Assembly: GCF_009914755.1 (NCBI RefSeq)
Contig: NC_060938.1
Origin: the human T2T-CHM13v2.0 reference genome, Homo sapiens
Reading direction: 5' to 3' (one strand)
DNA: 64,000 bases
The first letter of the stretch is position 1. Each line of letters opens with the position of its first letter. The notes beneath the pieces are model-generated. The model was given only the letters and a program-made list of their open reading frames with translations, had not been told where the DNA came from and made no database searches. Shown piece after piece: positions 60,934-64,000 of the stretch. The position numbers and the translations under genes are program-made.

Positions 60934-61270
60934 GGCTGGGTGCAGTGGCTCACGCCTATAATCTCAGCACTTTGGGAGGCTGAGGTGGGTGGATTACTTG
61001 AGGCCAGGAGTTCAAGAGCAGCCTGGCCAATATGGCTGAAACCCTGTCTCTACTAAAAATACAAAAAATTAGCTAGGCCTAGTGGCGTGTGCCTGTAGTC
61101 CCAACTACTCCAGAGGCTGAGGCAGGAGGATGGCTTGAGCTCAGGAGTTCAAGGTTGCAGTGAGCCAAGATCGTGTCACTACACTCCAGCCTAGGCAACA
61201 GAGTATAACTCTGTCTCCAAAAACAAACAAACAAACAAAAATAAAGAAAATTAAAAAAAAAACACAAAAA
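60934..61270 (+). mobile_element. Alu (J/Sz-like) inside a minus-strand MIR
   Basis: Full dimer; MIR ccatgtgccaggcac (left) and cagatgagaaaaccgag (right). Confidence 0.92.
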
Positions 61271-61429
61271 GAAGAAGAAATAACACCACCTCTTTTTTCC
61301 AGATGAGAAAACCGAGTGTCAGAGAAGGGAAGAGATGTTGCTGAGTAAATAGCAAAACCAGATTTTGACTCTCCAAAGTCCATACAGATTCTTCTTATCC
61401 CAGCCTTGCTCACTTGAGTGCCTACGATG

Positions 61430-61619
61430 GGGTTGAAAACAGTCTCTGCGCTGCCTGGCTCTGTGACATTGGACAAGTCACTAGTTCCACTAGGTTCCGG
61501 TTTTCTCATCTGTAAAATGGGGATAATACTATGAAACTATCTCATAGGGCTGATTTGAGAATCAAAGAATAATTATATGTAAAATGCTCTAAGCAGCGCC
61601 TGATGTGTAGCAGCTGCTC

Positions 61620-61658
<39 letters not shown>

Positions 61659-61663
61659 TTTTT
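61430..61663 (+). mobile_element. MIR followed by (TTTA)n
   Basis: gttttctcatctgtaaaatggggataata core. Confidence 0.85.
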
Positions 61664-62122
61664 CGTCGAGCAGGGCATGGCCTCCAGCTTGGTGCCAACC
61701 CCCAGTCATGTTCTAACCTGACTTCAAAATGTGTGGTGCTGGCTCTGCCACTTATCCACCATGTAACTTTTGGAGAGTTGCCTCAGTTTCCCCATATATC
61801 AAATGGGGATGAACTAGATCAGTGATTCTGAACCCTAGTGGAGTCCTATGAGCCTCTGAGGATCTGAAGGGAACAGTGGATACTGTTCAGAAAAAATCTT
61901 CATGGTGCTCTGAGCTTGTCTTGGCCGCCCAAAGCCTGCCTACAAGCCTTCCAGGACTTATGGACTCCCCAAGTTCCATCCAGCTCTGGTAAGAAGGGGA
62001 GGGCTATGGGTTGGGGGGGTCACTGAACAGCTCCGGGTGTCCCTCTTCCCCGCAGTTTGTCTTTTTCCTTCCTCCCTTTCTTTATTTTCTAATTCTTAAA
62101 CCTTCTTAAAACTGTAGAGTTA

Positions 62123-62332
<210 letters not shown>

Positions 62333-62529
62333 CTAGACTGGACCTTCCACCCACACACCCACCCTCATTTCTGCTTAAGGTTTTCTTGGTCTCTTCCTTT
62401 GCTCAGAAAAAGCCTTCCTCAGCGGTGGGGTGGAGGGGAGGGCATGTTTATGAGAAAAACAGCGTAATCCACACCAAGGGAAGAGGCAACAGAGAAACCC
62501 AAGCTGTGGGGAAAAGCTCCCTGCTCTAT

Positions 62530-63230
62530 CTGCCGGGGCGGTGGCCAGCTGCCTGTGTAGCAGACCATCTCATCCACCGGGCGGTGGCAATCAGCGGGGA
62601 TTTAGCTGAGGCCATCCGGGCAGGAAAGCAAAAACCAACCCCACCAACAGAAAACAATGCATCCCAAAGCCAGGCCTGCGTCACCGAGGTGTCACCACCC
62701 CATAAAGGAGGCCAGTGAGACGCCTGGGAGCCCGCGAGTCCCGTCGGTCGGGGCGCGAGGTGGAGCTGTAAAGCCCTCTGGGCGCGCTCCGTGTCCTCCC
62801 GCGTCCCGCCCGTAAATGGTCCCGCCACTTGGCAGTCTGCTCTCGCCGTTTTTATTTGGGGTCGTCCCCAAAGGCCACGTGGTGGGGAAACAGGGCCGGG
62901 GACACAATGGTGGCACAGTGACCAGCCGTCCGGGCCCTGGCTAATCACTAGAAACACCTGGAGGAACTCGTTGAAGGAAACAAGTAAGAAAATCCCTCCG
63001 ATTAGTATTGCAGGCTTCTGGTGGTCCTGGCTAATCTCTTTCAGGTGGAGGGCCCGGTGGGGGGGCCGGGCTGCCTCCCCAGTCCCGGAGCCCGGGGCCT
63101 GGGGCCGGTGGCTGGAGCGTGTCAAGTCATGAGGTTTGTAAGGCTGGTCAGAAGGTCTGTGGCGGCAGGTGCCCTGCGAATGCCAGGCGCCATGGAGAAA
63201 GCCGAGGTGTGTGCGGGAACCCCATAAAAG
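62530..63230. promoter_or_regulatory. CpG-rich island (candidate orphan CGI promoter/enhancer)
   Basis: Densest non-repeat CpG cluster in the window (cccgcgagtcccgtcggtcggggcgcg...); GC boxes; CCACGTGG at 62875-62882. Confidence 0.65.
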
Positions 63231-63573
63231 AGATCAAGCTATTTAACAGCCACCCCCGATTTCCACAGGGAGTTACCCCCACCCCACCCCCATCCGCTCT
63301 CAAAGCAGGTCAGGAGGGAGAACAGCAGAATGTCAAAGCTGAGATGAATAAATCTCTCGGTGCTCAACTTCTCAAATAACATAAGCAAACACTGATCAGT
63401 TTTGCCCATTTCAAGAGTACTGCATGTTTATGGTGGAAAATTAAGATAATACGTAGATAAGGAAAAAAGTAAAAAGCACATAGTCCCACCACCCGGAAAT
63501 AATCATGTTTAACATTTGAGGCTTCTCTTTTATTGCCGTATACATATAGTGGAAGTTTATAAATGTTATGTAA

Positions 63574-63943
<370 letters not shown>

Positions 63944-64000
63944 TAGCTTCATCTCACATGTCATTGAGAAAAGTCCATTTATCCAAGCCTCCATGGTACA

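Noticed and set aside
62984-63044. GTAAGA...CTAAT-pyrimidine-CAG mini-intron
   Set aside because: At 61 nt it is shorter than typical human introns, and there is no transcript evidence.
62526-63125. 199-aa minus-strand ORF over the CpG island
   Set aside because: Expected by chance in GC-rich DNA, and no protein family is recognisable.

Overview
Primate (human-like) non-coding genomic DNA, not microbial. I find no supportable protein-coding exon, RNA gene or CRISPR array; the ORFs I could place are Alu/LTR/microsatellite artefacts or lack any recognisable protein. Much of the window is interspersed repeat: about 48 Alu-family SINEs (FAM, FLAM, FRAM, AluJ, AluS; no AluY recognised), decayed L1M and L2 LINEs, MIRs, solo LTRs (MER52/LTR28-group, LTR40, LTR16, MLT1/MLT2, MST, THE1) and hAT MITEs. 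Between them lie unique islands with developmental TF-motif clusters and a CpG-rich island at ~62.5-63.25 kb. The most unusual signal is a set of short (50-210 bp) segments copied from donors <1.2 kb away into dated repeats, some with junction microhomology (17.8-18.1 kb, 23.5 kb, 49.5 kb), plus fold-back inversions (30.9 kb, possibly 0.15 kb). They resemble fossil templated-insertion repair events. Subfamily names are from recalled consensus sequences, boundaries are approximate, and I could not identify the locus.
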